The position numbers were made by a program, and so were the translations under genes. The notes beneath the pieces were generated by a model. It did not search any database and was not told where the DNA came from. It was given only the letters and a program-made list of their open reading frames with translations. 64,000 nt of DNA from Halorarum halobium (lineage in GTDB: Archaea; Halobacteriota; Halobacteria; Halobacteriales; Haloferacaceae): NCBI RefSeq assembly GCF_032116555.1, contig NZ_CP134949.1, positions 2,356,001 through 2,420,000 of the forward strand, given 5' to 3'. This document shows positions 49,739-61,159 of the stretch, in pieces. Numbering within the stretch: the first letter of the stretch is position 1; the number at the start of each line of letters is the position of its first letter.

Positions 49739-50449
49739 ATGCCCTACGACGCGGTGTTTCTCGACCTCGACGACACGCTCTACCCGTACCCCCCGTGCAA
49801 CGAGGCCGGCAAGGAGGCGGCCCGGGAGGCGTTCCTGGAGCTCGGCTACGACCTCGACCGGGAGGAGTTCACCGACCTCTACCGGGAGGGCCGCCGCGCG
49901 GTGAAGCGCGAACTCGCCGGAACGGCCTCCGCCCACGAGCGATTCCTCTACTTCAAGCGGGCCATCGAGAGCCACACCGGGACCCATCGCTCCGGGGACG
50001 CGCTCCGGCTCGGCGAGGCGTACTGGGACGCGTACGTCGACGAGATGACCCTGTTCGACGGCGTCGTCGAGACGCTGGCGGCGTTGCAGGACGCGGGAGT
50101 CGACGTCGCGGTCGTCACCAACCTCACGACGCGCATCCAGCTCGAGAAGCTCGACCGCCTCGGCATCGACGAGCACGTCGACCTGCTGCTCACCTCCGAG
50201 GAGACCGGCCGCGAGAAGCCCGGCGCCGTGATGTTCACCCTCCCGCTGGCCCGGCTCGGACTGCGCGCGAGCGAGGTCCTGATGGTCGGGGACGACGTCG
50301 AGGCCGACGTCGGGGGGGCGAACGCGGTGGGGCTGGACACGGCGCTGTTCAACGGTCCCGACGACGTCGTCGTCGACGACCTGCCCGACGACCGACGCCC
50401 GGACCACACCATCACGGATTTCACGGCGCTCTCCGAGGTGGTCGTATGA
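49739..50449 (+). CDS. HAD-superfamily phosphatase
   Basis: DLDDTLY, VTN, EKP and MVGD...D..GA. Confidence 0.92.
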   Translation: MPYDAVFLDLDDTLYPYPPCNEAGKEAAREAFLELGYDLDREEFTDLYREGRRAVKRELAGTASAHERFLYFKRAIESHTGTHRSGDALRLGEAYWDAYVDEMTLFDGVVETLAALQDAGVDVAVVTNLTTRIQLEKLDRLGIDEHVDLLLTSEETGREKPGAVMFTLPLARLGLRASEVLMVGDDVEADVGGANAVGLDTALFNGPDDVVVDDLPDDRRPDHTITDFTALSEVVV

Positions 50450-51081
50450 TCGCCGAGGATGCGCGACGCGCCGTGGTCGAGCACGCACCGGATCTCGCGG
50501 CCCTGACGCCGGGCCGCACGGGGAACCTCAGCGTCCGCGAGGGCGACGCCTTCGCCGTCACGCCGACCGGCGTCGCCTACGACGCGTTCGACGCCGCGGA
50601 CGTGCCGGTCGTGAATCTCGAGGGCGAACGCGTCGCGGGAGAGATGAAACCCTCCAGCGAGGTGCCGATGCACCGCCACATCTACCGCGGGCACGCCGAG
50701 GAACCGGGCGCGATCGTCCACACCCACTCGCCGATGTCGACGACGATGGGCGTGCTGCGCGAGCCGCTGCCGCCGATCCACTACATGATCGTCGCCGTCG
50801 GCAAGCGCGTCCCCGTCGCCGAGTACGCGCCCTACGGCACCGAGGAGCTCGCGGCGAACGTCGTCGCCGCGCTCGAGGAGGCCGACGCGTCGGCCTCCTT
50901 CATCGAGAACCACGGGCTCGTCGTCGTCGCCGACGACGTCGAGACCGCCGTCGAGAACACCCACCACGTCGAGAGCCTGGCGGAGCTGTACCTGCGGTCG
51001 CGTTCGGTCGGCGACCCCGTCGAACTCCCCGAGTCGGAACTCGACACGGCGATCGAACAGTTCGAGAGCTACGGACAGTAG
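50446..51081 (+). CDS. Class II aldolase (FucA-like)
   Basis: GNLSVR, TPTG, KPSSE..MH, HTHS and NHG. ATGA overlap with the HAD gene. Confidence 0.93.
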   Translation: MIAEDARRAVVEHAPDLAALTPGRTGNLSVREGDAFAVTPTGVAYDAFDAADVPVVNLEGERVAGEMKPSSEVPMHRHIYRGHAEEPGAIVHTHSPMSTTMGVLREPLPPIHYMIVAVGKRVPVAEYAPYGTEELAANVVAALEEADASASFIENHGLVVVADDVETAVENTHHVESLAELYLRSRSVGDPVELPESELDTAIEQFESYGQ

Positions 51082-51121
51082 ACGACCCGGAACTGCCGCC
51101 CCCCCCTCCTCGACGGCCCTG

Positions 51122-52264
51122 TCAGGGCTCCTCGGGCGCCGACCCGGCCACCGCGAACTCGAACCGGACGCCGCCCGCCTCGCTTTCGGCGACGGTCACG
51201 TCCCAGCCGTGGGCGTCGGCGATGCGCTCGACGATGTGGAGGCCGAACCCGGTGCCGTCCTCGCGGGTCGAGTAGCCGCGTTCGAACACCCGGTCACGCT
51301 GCTCGGGGGGGATGCCTGGGCCGTCGTCCGCGATGGCGAACCCCGAGTCGGTCCGCGCGACCCGGACCGTCACCTCCGAGCCGCCGTGGGCGACCGCGTT
51401 GCCGAGGACGTTCTCCAGGAGCTGACGCAGCCGGTCGTAGTCGGCGGTCACCGTGGTCACCGCCTCGTCGACGACGAGCCGTGAGTCCGTGTTCTCGGCG
51501 CCGAGCACGGCCCAGGAGGACTCGACGGCCTCGCGCAGGTCGACCGCCTCGGTCGTCCCGATCTCCTGGCCCTCCCTGGCGAGATACAGCAGGTTGTCGA
51601 TGATGCGCTCGATCCGGTCGTGGGCCGACTCGATCCGGTCGAAGTCGGCCGCGTCGCCCGACTCGCGGATCACGTCGAGATAGCCCTGCGCGACGGTCAG
51701 GGGGTTCCGGAGGTCGTGGCTCACGACGCTTGCGAACTCGTCGAGGCGCTCGTTCTGCCGGACGAGTTCGGCCTCGCGGTCGGCCTGCCCGAGCGCGGCC
51801 TCGACGTTGGCCGCGAGCACCTTCGCCACCGAGAGCGACGGCTCGTCGAACGCGTTCGGCGTCGGGGAGGCGGCGATGAGGATCCCGTACTCGCCCAGCG
51901 GCAGGTGGAGCTCGCTTCGGATGTCGGTGCCGGGGTTGTACACGTCGGGGTGCTCGCGCACGTCCTCGAACACGGCCGGCTCCCCGTGCTCGTACACGCG
52001 CCACGCGATGCTTTCGCCCGGCGTGAACGTGGGCACGTCGCCGATGAGTTCGCGGGTGGTGGGAGTCACGGCGACCGGGACCAGTTCGTGGGCCCCCTCG
52101 TCGTAGAGGTGGATCGAGTTGGCGTCGAGCCCCAGCACGCGCGAGGCCGCCTCGACGGCGACCTCGGCCACGGTCTCCCGTTCCGTGGCGGCCATCAACT
52201 CCCGCGTCGTCTCGTGCAGCGCCTCCAGCCGACGGGCACGCTCGGACGGGGGACGGTCGGTCAT
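51122..52264 (-). CDS. GAF-domain sensor histidine kinase
   Basis: GAF domain, SHDLRNPL, ENVLGNA, DDGPG and GTGFGL. Confidence 0.93.
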   Translation of the reverse strand: MTDRPPSERARRLEALHETTRELMAATERETVAEVAVEAASRVLGLDANSIHLYDEGAHELVPVAVTPTTRELIGDVPTFTPGESIAWRVYEHGEPAVFEDVREHPDVYNPGTDIRSELHLPLGEYGILIAASPTPNAFDEPSLSVAKVLAANVEAALGQADREAELVRQNERLDEFASVVSHDLRNPLTVAQGYLDVIRESGDAADFDRIESAHDRIERIIDNLLYLAREGQEIGTTEAVDLREAVESSWAVLGAENTDSRLVVDEAVTTVTADYDRLRQLLENVLGNAVAHGGSEVTVRVARTDSGFAIADDGPGIPPEQRDRVFERGYSTREDGTGFGLHIVERIADAHGWDVTVAESEAGGVRFEFAVAGSAPEEP

Positions 52265-52402
52265 CCTGTAGCCTCTGGCAAGCGCGTCCCTAAGAACCTC
52301 GGTTTCGGAAGTCCGTCGAGCCGATCCGATCATCCCACTGTCCGATCGATGTCCCGATCGCCTTGCCGTCCGGCCGCCGTTCAGATCACCGTCCGCGCTG
52401 CG

Positions 52403-53302
52403 CTACGTGGGCTCCTCCTCCAGGAACCCGCCGTACTGCAGTTCGGCCCAGTAGACGGCTCCCCGATACTCGACCACCCACGAGCCGCCGTACTCGTCCA
52501 CGCGGACGCCCTCGACGGCGCGGAACCGCTCCATCACCGAGCGGAACGCCTCGTCGTCGGTCGACTCGGCGTAGTAGGACGACTCGATGGCCTCGGAGAC
52601 GACCCCGCGCTCGGCCTCGGAGAGTCCGGACAGTTCGAACCGGTACGTCTCGCGGAGGTCGCTCGCGTACGCCTCGGCGCTGGGCGCGATCTCGGTCGCG
52701 GTGTAGCGGTAGGTCGTCACCGTCACGTCGGTGGAGTCGACCGCGATCGGATAGCGTTCGCCCTCGTAGTGGACGGCGTCGTACTCGCCCGAGACCAGCA
52801 CCGACTCGTTCGCCTCGGCCCGGGTGTAGCGTTGCCCGGAACCGAGGTCGTAGCCGGCGGTCGGCGAGTGGTCGGCCGGCGGCGGGAGCAGCGTGTCGAG
52901 CAGCGCGCGGTCGGCCGGCGTGAGGTCCTCGTAGGCGACGGCCGGGCCGTCGGTCGAGCCGTTGTAGTCGACCTTCACGTCGACCATCCGCTCGGTGTGG
53001 TTCCCGACCGGCTCGGCCGAGATGTCGTAGTACGCGCCGTCGACGGCGTAGGGCGGCCCGCCGGGTTCGACGAACGGCGCGGTGTCGTTCGCGGTCGCCG
53101 AGCCGTTCTCGACGGCCGTCTCGACGATCTCGCGGTACCGGACCGCGGGCCGCTCGTCCGAGTCGGGCAGGTCGCGGCTCGCTTCCGCGGCGAGTTCGGT
53201 GTCGTTCACGGCGGTCATGTGCAGCGACCCGGCGGCCGAGCAGCCGCTCAGCCCGGCCAGGAGGGCGACCGCCACGAGGAGGAGGAGGGTGCGGGGGTTC
53301 AC
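52403..53302 (-). CDS. Hypothetical lipoprotein
   Basis: GTG start, hydrophobic leader with an LSGC lipobox, acidic mature part. Confidence 0.8.
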   Translation of the reverse strand: MNPRTLLLLVAVALLAGLSGCSAAGSLHMTAVNDTELAAEASRDLPDSDERPAVRYREIVETAVENGSATANDTAPFVEPGGPPYAVDGAYYDISAEPVGNHTERMVDVKVDYNGSTDGPAVAYEDLTPADRALLDTLLPPPADHSPTAGYDLGSGQRYTRAEANESVLVSGEYDAVHYEGERYPIAVDSTDVTVTTYRYTATEIAPSAEAYASDLRETYRFELSGLSEAERGVVSEAIESSYYAESTDDEAFRSVMERFRAVEGVRVDEYGGSWVVEYRGAVYWAELQYGGFLEEEPT

Positions 53303-53576
53303 AGCCGGGCGGTTGGTGCTGGCCGGGAAGTGTCTTGTGGGATTCGTCGGTGTTTCTCGTGTCGTTCGTAGTTCGTCGGCTGTTGTGCGACAGTGACGAC
53401 CGCCCCCACGGGCCATGACGACACTGCGGGCGATACACTGGGAGCCGAGAACGCCGTGAACGTTCGAGGTCCCCACCGTCACGTCCGGCCCGGAACGGCC
53501 CTCCTCCACACCGAACGCAGACCCGCCGCTCACCGAACCGAGCAAAAACCGCAAAGGGAGAACCGATCGAAGAACC

Positions 53577-54191
53577 TTAGCGTGCCGCAGCGGCGACGCG
53601 CTCCTTCTCCTCCTTCTGGGAGATGGGGTACGCCTGCACGTCGTAGCGGGCCGCGCCGACGAGCAGGTCCGCGAGCGCCTCGGCGGCGGTCGTCGTCGAC
53701 TTGTACGTCGCGGACTCGACGCCGTCGCCGATGAACTTCAGCGCCTGGTCGACGCGGCGCTGGGGCGCGACGTCGACGGCCTTCGGGACGGAGATGCCGC
53801 CGTACTTCAGGCGGACCGTCTCCTCGCGCGGCGCGGCGTTCTCGACGGCCTCGACGAGCGTCTGCACCGGGTTCTCGTCGGTGCGCTCGTGGACGATGTC
53901 GAAGGCGTCCCGGACGATGCGGGTCGCCTGCTGCTTTTTCCCGGTGTTGTCCTCGCTCTGCATCAGGCGGTTGATGAGCCGCTCGACGATGGAGAGCTCC
54001 GACTTGCGGAACTGCTTGGACGCGTGCCGGCCCATCGTGTGCGCGATGGGGGTGACGTTGAGGTAGTTCCGGGTCGACGGGTCGCTGTACTCGATCTCGG
54101 AGACGTCCCAGACGCCGAACAGCAGCGCGTTGTCGACCGCGTCGTCGCTGTCCGCGGGCGCCTCGGGTTCGGGGGCTTCTTCCTCCGACAT
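53577..54191 (-). CDS. rps7: 30S ribosomal protein uS7
   Basis: SIVERLINRLM, NAAPREET and KEEKERVAAAAR. Confidence 0.98.
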   Translation of the reverse strand: MSEEEAPEPEAPADSDDAVDNALLFGVWDVSEIEYSDPSTRNYLNVTPIAHTMGRHASKQFRKSELSIVERLINRLMQSEDNTGKKQQATRIVRDAFDIVHERTDENPVQTLVEAVENAAPREETVRLKYGGISVPKAVDVAPQRRVDQALKFIGDGVESATYKSTTTAAEALADLLVGAARYDVQAYPISQKEEKERVAAAAR

Positions 54192-54193
54192 GG

Positions 54194-54622
54194 TTATCGG
54201 ACCGGCTTCTCCGCGTTCCCGCGTACCAGTTCGAGCATGGCGACGCCGTTCACCTTCTCGACCTTGTAGTTCACGCCCGAGAGGTCGCCCATCGCGCGAC
54301 CCTTCGCGCCACCGATGCCGGCGATGGTGACCTCGTCGTGCTCGTCGATGAACGAGATGGCGCCGTCGCCGGGACAAAAGGCCGTGACCTGCTTCCCGTT
54401 CTTGATGAGCTGAACCCGGACGCACTTCCGGATCGCCGAGTTGGGCTGTTTCGCTTCGATCCCCACCTTCTCGAGGACGATGCCACGCCCCTGCGGGGCG
54501 CCCTCGAGGGGGTCGGACTTCTCGCCGAGACCGCGCTCGCGTCGCGCGTACTTCGAGTCGGACCACCGTCGCTTCTGGCGGTCCTTCTTGAGTTTCCGCG
54601 CGGCGTATTTGCCGTTCGCCAT
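54194..54622 (-). CDS. rps12: 30S ribosomal protein uS12
   Basis: [22 protein letters not shown]. Confidence 0.99.
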   Translation of the reverse strand: MANGKYAARKLKKDRQKRRWSDSKYARRERGLGEKSDPLEGAPQGRGIVLEKVGIEAKQPNSAIRKCVRVQLIKNGKQVTAFCPGDGAISFIDEHDEVTIAGIGGAKGRAMGDLSGVNYKVEKVNGVAMLELVRGNAEKPVR

Positions 54623-54883
54623 GGTACCCGCGAGTTCAGGACCGAGCTACGTAAGGGTTCCCTTTCTCGACCGACGAGACGCCACGAGAACGGCCGAGAG
54701 GCACCGCTAATCGAATCTGAGGGCGTAACTCGGGTCGCGTTACGACACGAGAAGCGGTCTGCGTCCGAATGCGGCGCGGAGAGGGCGTCGTTCGCTCGGC
54801 CGTGTCGTCGTCCTGCCCCCGCGCGAGCCACTGTTTGCAAGTACCAGCACGGCACCCAACCCGCTCGAGGACGAGGTCCATCC

Positions 54884-55027
54884 GTGACGTATCGAACGAC
54901 GATCGGCTGGTCGCTCATTTCCTCGGGTGTCGTCACGCTGCTGCTCGTGTACCTCCCGGGCGATTCGCTCTGGTGGGGCCTCGGACTCCTGGCCCTCGGC
55001 GTCGCGACGTTCGTGATTCGCCGGTAG
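54884..55027 (+). CDS. Small two-TM membrane protein
   Basis: GAGGT SD plus GTG start. The paralog remnant at 5851-6005 supports coding status. Confidence 0.7.
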   Translation: MTYRTTIGWSLISSGVVTLLLVYLPGDSLWWGLGLLALGVATFVIRR

Positions 55028-55156
55028 CGTCCGGTCCCCGTCCTCCGGATCGCCGGGTCGCCGGGTCGCCGAGTCGCCGGAATCGGGGGTCTCCGACGGT
55101 CACGGCTCGCGCCGGTACGGAGCGGACGCGAACGTGGGCGGGGCAGCGTGATCTGA

Positions 55157-55218
55157 ACCGGGACGACCTCGGCCCTGGACCGGGACGACCTCGGCCCTGG
55201 ACCGGGACGACCTCGGCC
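55157..55218. repeat. 22-bp tandem repeat (2.8 copies)
   Basis: ACCGGGACGACCTCGGCCCTGG at 55157 and 55179, with a partial copy at 55201. Confidence 0.9.
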
Positions 55219-55231
55219 GCCCCCGGCGGGG

Positions 55232-55495
55232 TCACTTGCGTACCACGAACGGCTCGTAGGTGCCCCAGTTGTAATCGGTCGCCTCGCGGGCGAGTTCGTG
55301 CATCCGGTCGGCCAGTTCCTCGCGGTCCATGTTCAGTTCGTTTGCCCACTTGCCGAGCACGTTGGAGTCCTCCAGCGCGAACACGAGCGACTTCTCGCTC
55401 TCGCCGACCTGTTCGCCGTGGACGTCGCGCAGTCCCGTCACCAGTTCCTCGCGGTCGTCGACCTCGACGCCGAACTCGGTGAGCGTGTCCGTCAT
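55232..55495 (-). CDS. Small acidic hypothetical protein
   Basis: Halophilic composition. TTAAT box upstream. Confidence 0.75.
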   Translation of the reverse strand: MTDTLTEFGVEVDDREELVTGLRDVHGEQVGESEKSLVFALEDSNVLGKWANELNMDREELADRMHELAREATDYNWGTYEPFVVRK

Positions 55496-55576
55496 GGCGT
55501 TCCGTTCGACACGTGTGGACCCACGCGATTAAGCGACGTGGCGGCACGTCACGGGTCCCGCTCCCCGGGCGGCCGC

Positions 55577-56458
55577 TCACTCCTCCCGGTCGACCGTGAG
55601 TCGGCCGTCCAGTTCGCGTCGCGCCGCCGGACCGAGTTCGACTCCCTCGGCTTCGAGCGCCACGATCGCCCGCTCACGGACCGCCGACCGCACGTCCGCC
55701 ACGTCGTCGACGGTGGGGTCCTCGATCCAGTAGGCGACCGCGAGCCGCACCCCGCCACCGTCGCCCAGTTCCGCGACCCCCGCTTCAGGCACTGGCGAGT
55801 CGAGCACGCCCTCGACGCTCCCGGCCGCCGCCGCGAGCGTGCGCAGGGCCACGTCGAGGTCCTCGCCGTGGGCCAGCACCACGGCGTCGCTGACGCGGAC
55901 CCGGTCGCGCCGGTACGGGCGGGTGATCGTTCCCGTGGCGAGCGAACTGTTCGGCACGGTGACGATCTCGTTTCCGGCGGTCCGCACCCGCGTCGCCCGG
56001 AACCCGACCCGCTCCACCCGGCCCTCGCCGTCGGGCCACTCGATCCAGTCGCCGACGTTGAACTCCGGGTCGGCGACGAGCGAGAGGCCGCTGACGAGCG
56101 AGCCGATGAGCTCCTGGCCCGCGATTCCGAGCGCGAGCGTCGCCGCCGCGACGACCACGGCCGAGTCCGAGAGGACGGAGCCGTAGCCGGCGGCGACGAC
56201 GCCGACCAGGGTGGCGACGACGACCAGCAGGACGCGGAGGTACGTCCCGGTCGCGTCGACGACCGTCGGGTTGTTCGGGTTGCGAGCGCGGACGACCCTG
56301 ACGGCCGCCGGGACGAGGAGCGCCCCGCCGAGGAGGTACACGAACGCGGCGACGGCGAGGAACCACGCCGCGGTGACGAGCGCCGCCGCGAGCGCGTCGG
56401 CCGCGACGTCGACCGGACCCGGAACCGGGTCGGGCGGGACGATCTGGCGCGAGCCCAT
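55577..56458 (-). CDS. mscS: Small-conductance mechanosensitive channel
   Basis: LALGIAGQ..SG...FNVGDWI...G.V..VG.R.T...VPNS. Confidence 0.9.
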   Translation of the reverse strand: MGSRQIVPPDPVPGPVDVAADALAAALVTAAWFLAVAAFVYLLGGALLVPAAVRVVRARNPNNPTVVDATGTYLRVLLVVVATLVGVVAAGYGSVLSDSAVVVAAATLALGIAGQELIGSLVSGLSLVADPEFNVGDWIEWPDGEGRVERVGFRATRVRTAGNEIVTVPNSSLATGTITRPYRRDRVRVSDAVVLAHGEDLDVALRTLAAAAGSVEGVLDSPVPEAGVAELGDGGGVRLAVAYWIEDPTVDDVADVRSAVRERAIVALEAEGVELGPAARRELDGRLTVDREE

Positions 56459-56563
56459 CGGCTCGGCAAACGGCGTCCAGTTCCAAAAGCAGGCGGCGCT
56501 TACCCGGCCGTCACCGGCTGCGACGCCGACGGATCCGCCGGCGGGGAGACGGCGCGCGCGGAC

Positions 56564-56989
56564 CTACGCGAGTTGCACGTCGTCGACGTCGAAGTGACGG
56601 CGCGCGAGTTCGCGGGCCGTCTCGATGGTCCGGCCCTCCGACCCGATGGCGACCCCGCGGTCGCGTTCCGGCACCTCCACGTAGGCGACCGTGTCGTTCT
56701 GCCGGGAGACGGTCACCCCGCGGACGGCCGCCGGCGCGAGCGCGTTCGCCACGAACGCCTCCGGGGTGTCGGCGTCCTCGACGAGCGAGACGTCCGCGCC
56801 GAGCCGTTCCTCGACCCGGCGGACGGTCCGGCCGTCCGGGCCGATCGCGTCGGCCATCTCGCCCGCCGGGAGCAGGAAGACGACGCGGTCGCCGCCGTCC
56901 TGGAGGAGGCAGTCGACCGGCCCGACGTCGGTCAACTCGTCGAACGTCCCGATGTACTGCCGGGCCTCGTCGGAGAGCTGGACGCGCAT
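56564..56989 (-). CDS. nusA: NusA-like KH-domain transcription factor
   Basis: AIGPDG and GVAIGSEG. Follows rpoA''. Confidence 0.93.
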   Translation of the reverse strand: MRVQLSDEARQYIGTFDELTDVGPVDCLLQDGGDRVVFLLPAGEMADAIGPDGRTVRRVEERLGADVSLVEDADTPEAFVANALAPAAVRGVTVSRQNDTVAYVEVPERDRGVAIGSEGRTIETARELARRHFDVDDVQLA

Positions 56990-58228
56990 TCAGTCGTCGC
57001 CGGAGGTCGGGGTGGGCTTCGAGCCCATCCGCAGGTCCACGTCGCCGGTGCCGATCGACACCGGCTTGCCGACGATGACGTTCTCGATGACGCCGTCCAG
57101 GTCGTCCTCCTCGCCCATGATCGCCGCGTCGAGCAGGTGGTTGACCGTCACCTCGAACGCCGCGCGGGCGAGCACGGACTCCTTCGAGCCCGAGATGCCG
57201 TGTCGACCGATCGACTCGACCGTGCCCCGGTTCGTCATGATGTCCGAGACGAGCATCAGGTGCCGGACGTTCACGTCGTCCAGACCCTGCTCCTCGAGCG
57301 TCTCCATCGTCTCGTTGATGATGGACTCGCGGGCGGCCTCGACGCCGAGCGTCCGGTAGATCTCGTGGATGTTGTTACACGTCGTCCGGGAGGCGTCCAC
57401 GCCCTCGATCTCCAGGGCGTCCGAGAACGCCGACCCCTCGGTGTAGAGGACGAACTCCTCGTCGCCGTCGTCGGTCTCCTCCTTCCGGATGACGACGCGG
57501 GTGACCTCCTCGATCCCCTTGAACACGATGTCGCGAAGCTCCTCGACGAGCTGGAGCAGCCGGCGGTAGCTCGGCTCGTCCGGGCCGAACTCGATGTCCG
57601 TGCCCGACCGGCGCGTCTGCACGCCCAGCGAGTCCTCGATGATGTCGGCGACCTCGGTGGCGACCTCGGTGGCGTCGTCGTAGGTCGGCCAGCGCTCGAG
57701 CAGCGTCTCGTCGTTGAGGTCGACCGAGACGAGCATGTCCGCGACGTTCGTCGAGACGTCCCCGAGCGCGAGGATCTTCGAGGACTCGATCTGCCAGACG
57801 ACCTCGTGGGCCTTCTCGCGGTCGGTCGCGTGTTCCCCGTCGAGCCGGACGATCATGATCGGGGTGTCGGGCGTCTTTCGGGCGTCCACGAGCTCGATGA
57901 GCCGGGGGAGCCCCTGGGTCACGTCCATCTCCGCGACGCCCGCGTAGTGGAACGTGTTCATCGTCATCTGGGTTCCCGGCTCCCCGATGCTCTGTGCCGA
58001 GACAGTCCCGACCGGGTCAAGCGGGTCGACGCGCGTGTCGAGGTAGCGTGACTCGACGGCCTGGGCGATCTCGTTCGCCTGCTCGGTCGTGACGCCGCCG
58101 CGCTCGTCGACCGTCCCGTACACGCGGTCCTTCAGCCGGCGCGGCAGTTCCGTGTCCTCGACGACGAGCGCGATGTCCTCGGTGACCGCGTCGTGGGCGT
58201 CCACGAACCGGTCGACGCTCTCAGTCAT
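56990..58228 (-). CDS. rpoA2: RNA polymerase subunit A'' (Rpo1C)
   Basis: [24 protein letters not shown] and ARAAFE. Confidence 0.98.
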   Translation of the reverse strand: MTESVDRFVDAHDAVTEDIALVVEDTELPRRLKDRVYGTVDERGGVTTEQANEIAQAVESRYLDTRVDPLDPVGTVSAQSIGEPGTQMTMNTFHYAGVAEMDVTQGLPRLIELVDARKTPDTPIMIVRLDGEHATDREKAHEVVWQIESSKILALGDVSTNVADMLVSVDLNDETLLERWPTYDDATEVATEVADIIEDSLGVQTRRSGTDIEFGPDEPSYRRLLQLVEELRDIVFKGIEEVTRVVIRKEETDDGDEEFVLYTEGSAFSDALEIEGVDASRTTCNNIHEIYRTLGVEAARESIINETMETLEEQGLDDVNVRHLMLVSDIMTNRGTVESIGRHGISGSKESVLARAAFEVTVNHLLDAAIMGEEDDLDGVIENVIVGKPVSIGTGDVDLRMGSKPTPTSGDD

Positions 58229-61157
58229 CCGACTCCACCCCCACGCCGCCGGCCTTGTCCAGGCCGGGGCCGGCGTACTCCGAGAGGTTCGTCGGCGGCT
58301 CCTCGCGGCCGAGGAACTGCGCCTTCTCCTCGTCGGAGCCGAACTCGGCGTCGACGATGCGGTCGGCGATCTGGTCGACCTCGATGGCGTTCTCCTCGGT
58401 GGAGGACACCTTCACGGGCGAGGTGCCGTCCTCGCCGTACTCGAACTGGACGATGTTGTCCGAGGTGTCCCGGACGGTGCCGTCGTACTGCGCCTCGAGT
58501 TCCGAGAGCGCGTTGATGAGCCGGCGCTGGAGGTAGCCGGACTTGGAGGTCCGGACCGCCGTGTCGACCAGCCCCTCGCGCCCCCCCATCGCGTGGAAGA
58601 AGAACTCCCGCGGCGTCAGCCCGCCGCGGTAGGAGTTCTCCACGAAGCCGTGGGCGTCCGCCGAGAGGTCGTGCTCCTCGTAGTGGGCGAGCGTGCGGTC
58701 CTCGTAACCGCGGTTGATGCGCTCGCCCCGGACCGCCTGCTGGCCGACGCAGCCGGCCATCTGGGTGAGGTTCAGCATCGACCCACGGGCGCCCGAGCGC
58801 GCCATGATGACCGCCGGGTTGTCGTCGGCGAAGTGGTCCTCGGCGATCTCGCCCGCGGAGTCGCGGGCCTTCCCGAGCGTCTGCATGATCTTCATCTCCA
58901 GCGTCTCGTCGACGGTACGGCCGGGCAGCGACTCGAGGTCGCCGGCCTCGTACGTGGAGATGAGCTCCTGGACGCGCTCGTAGGCGCTCTCGATCGCCTC
59001 GTCGACCTGCTCGTTCGCCTGGGGCGGGATCGACTCGTCGTCGATGCCGAGCGAGAAGCCGAAGTGCATGATGGCACGCATCGCCAGCGACGCCACCTCG
59101 TTGATGAACACGCGGGCGCGGGTCTCGGAGTACACCTTCGTGAGCGTGTCGACGACCTCGCCGCCGAACGCGCCGACGGCGTCCTCGTCGATCGTCCCCT
59201 CGACGAGCTGGCCGTCCTCGATCCGGACGGTGTCGCCCGCGGAGGAGGTGAACTCGAGGTTCAGGTCCTCGGGCAACAGCTCCGAGAAGACGGTCCGGCC
59301 CGTCCAGACCGCCTGGCCGGCCTCGTTCTCGCCGTCGGCCTCGGGCAGTTCGTCGACCGAGGTCGCACGCAGCAGGTCGAGCGCCTGCGTCTCGGTGAAC
59401 TCGGGGTTCTCGTGGGTCAGCAGGTACGTCCCGGAGATGTGGTCCTGGATCGCCCCGATGATGTTCTCGCCGAAGCGGGGCGAGAGGATCTGTTCTTGCA
59501 CGCGCATGAGGACGCGCGCCTCCGCGCGGGCTTCCTCGTTCTGCAGGGCGTGCATGTTCATCTCGTCGCCGTCGAAGTCCGCGTTGTACGGCGGGCAGAC
59601 GACGGTGTTGAGCCGGAACGTCTTGTACGGCATCACCACGACCTCGTGGGCCATGATGGACATCCGGTGGAGCGACGGCTGCCGGTTGAAGATCACGATG
59701 TCGCCGTCGACGAGGTGGCGGTTCACCTCCCACCCGGCCTCGACCTTCTCGGCGAGCTCCTCGCAGTTCTTCGCGGTCACCTTCAGCCGGCGGCCGTCGG
59801 GCCGCTTCACGTAGTTCGCGCCGGGGTGGCCCTCGGGGCCGTTGGCGACGTAGCGTCGCGCCCGGTCGACGTTCCGCTCGGAGACGTTCATCACCTGCGT
59901 CATCTCGCTCGCGACGCGCTCGGGGACGCCGACCTCGTTGAGCGAGAGCGTCGGGTCCGGGCTGATGACCGTCCGGGCAGAGAAGTTCACGCGCTTGCCC
60001 GAGAGCGACCCGCGGAAGCGCCCCTCCTTGCCCTTGAGGCGCTGGGAGAGCGTCTTCAGCGGGCGGCCAGAGCGGTGGCGCGCGGGCGGGGTGCCCGAGA
60101 TCTCGTTGTCGACGAACGTGGTCACGTGGTACTGGAGCAGCTCCCACAGGTCCTCGATGATGAGCTGCGGGGCGCCCGCCTCGCGGTTCTCCATGAACCG
60201 CTGGTTGATGCGGATGATGTCGACGAGCTTGTGGGTGAGGTCGTCCTCCGAGCGCTGGCCGTTGTCCAGCGTGATGGAGGGACGCGCCGTCACCGGCGGG
60301 ACCGGGAGGACGGTCAGGATCATCCACTCGGGCCGGGACCCCTCGGGGTCGATGCCGAGCGCCTCCAGGTCCTCGCCGGGGATGTCCTCGAACCAGTCGC
60401 GGATGTCCGAGGGCATCAGCTTGTTCATGTCCTCCTCGGTGAGGTCGACGTCGAGCGCCTTCTCCAGCGCCTTGCGGTCCTCCTGTCGCGGGCGGAACTC
60501 GCCCGAGAGGATGTCGTTGACCCGCGAGAGGTCGATTCCGGTCTCCTCCGCGAGTTCGGGCGGTGCCATCCCCTCGTCGTCCTCGTCGTCCTCGTCGGGC
60601 TGCATCGCCTCGGCGATGAGTTCGGAGTACTCGCCCGAGAGCACGTCCTGCACCTCGTAGTAGGTGGTCGGCTTCTCGTGTTTGATGTCGGCCTGGGGCG
60701 CGCTGCAGTACGGGCACGTCGAGGCCTTCCGGGCCTGGCGGACCGCGGACTTGAGCACGTCCGTCGGGTCGCCGCCGAGGTCCTTCGTCCGCTGCAGGTT
60801 CGCCGAGAACTCCTCCTTCTCCTCGTCGGTGAGCGCGAGCCGACCGCACTCGCGGCACGTCGAGCGGAGCAGCCGGCGGATGAGCTTCGTGAAGCCGACG
60901 TGGATGACCGGCGCGGCGAGTTCGATGTGGCCGAAGTGGCCGTTACACGACCCGGAGTGCTGTCCGCAGGTGCGACACTCCAGCCCGGGGTCGATGACGC
61001 CGAGCCGCGGGTCCATCAGCCCCATGTCGATGGGGTAGCCGTCGTCGTCGTACGTGTCCGCCGTGATCACCTTCGTAGCGGACATGTCGCGGTACGTCTC
61101 CGGGTCCATCAGCCCGAACTTGATGGCCCCGATCTCCTTGGGTGTCTGACCAGCCAT
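58221..61157 (-). CDS. rpoA1: RNA polymerase subunit A' (Rpo1N)
   Basis: [10 protein letters not shown] active site and GHFGHIEL. Confidence 0.99.
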   Translation of the reverse strand: MAGQTPKEIGAIKFGLMDPETYRDMSATKVITADTYDDDGYPIDMGLMDPRLGVIDPGLECRTCGQHSGSCNGHFGHIELAAPVIHVGFTKLIRRLLRSTCRECGRLALTDEEKEEFSANLQRTKDLGGDPTDVLKSAVRQARKASTCPYCSAPQADIKHEKPTTYYEVQDVLSGEYSELIAEAMQPDEDDEDDEGMAPPELAEETGIDLSRVNDILSGEFRPRQEDRKALEKALDVDLTEEDMNKLMPSDIRDWFEDIPGEDLEALGIDPEGSRPEWMILTVLPVPPVTARPSITLDNGQRSEDDLTHKLVDIIRINQRFMENREAGAPQLIIEDLWELLQYHVTTFVDNEISGTPPARHRSGRPLKTLSQRLKGKEGRFRGSLSGKRVNFSARTVISPDPTLSLNEVGVPERVASEMTQVMNVSERNVDRARRYVANGPEGHPGANYVKRPDGRRLKVTAKNCEELAEKVEAGWEVNRHLVDGDIVIFNRQPSLHRMSIMAHEVVVMPYKTFRLNTVVCPPYNADFDGDEMNMHALQNEEARAEARVLMRVQEQILSPRFGENIIGAIQDHISGTYLLTHENPEFTETQALDLLRATSVDELPEADGENEAGQAVWTGRTVFSELLPEDLNLEFTSSAGDTVRIEDGQLVEGTIDEDAVGAFGGEVVDTLTKVYSETRARVFINEVASLAMRAIMHFGFSLGIDDESIPPQANEQVDEAIESAYERVQELISTYEAGDLESLPGRTVDETLEMKIMQTLGKARDSAGEIAEDHFADDNPAVIMARSGARGSMLNLTQMAGCVGQQAVRGERINRGYEDRTLAHYEEHDLSADAHGFVENSYRGGLTPREFFFHAMGGREGLVDTAVRTSKSGYLQRRLINALSELEAQYDGTVRDTSDNIVQFEYGEDGTSPVKVSSTEENAIEVDQIADRIVDAEFGSDEEKAQFLGREEPPTNLSEYAGPGLDKAGGVGVESDD

Positions 61158-61159
61158 TG

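Noticed and set aside
55157..55218. Tandem repeats here and at 22141 and 49351 as possible CRISPR arrays
   Set aside because: The units are contiguous with no unique spacers, and there are no cas genes in the window.
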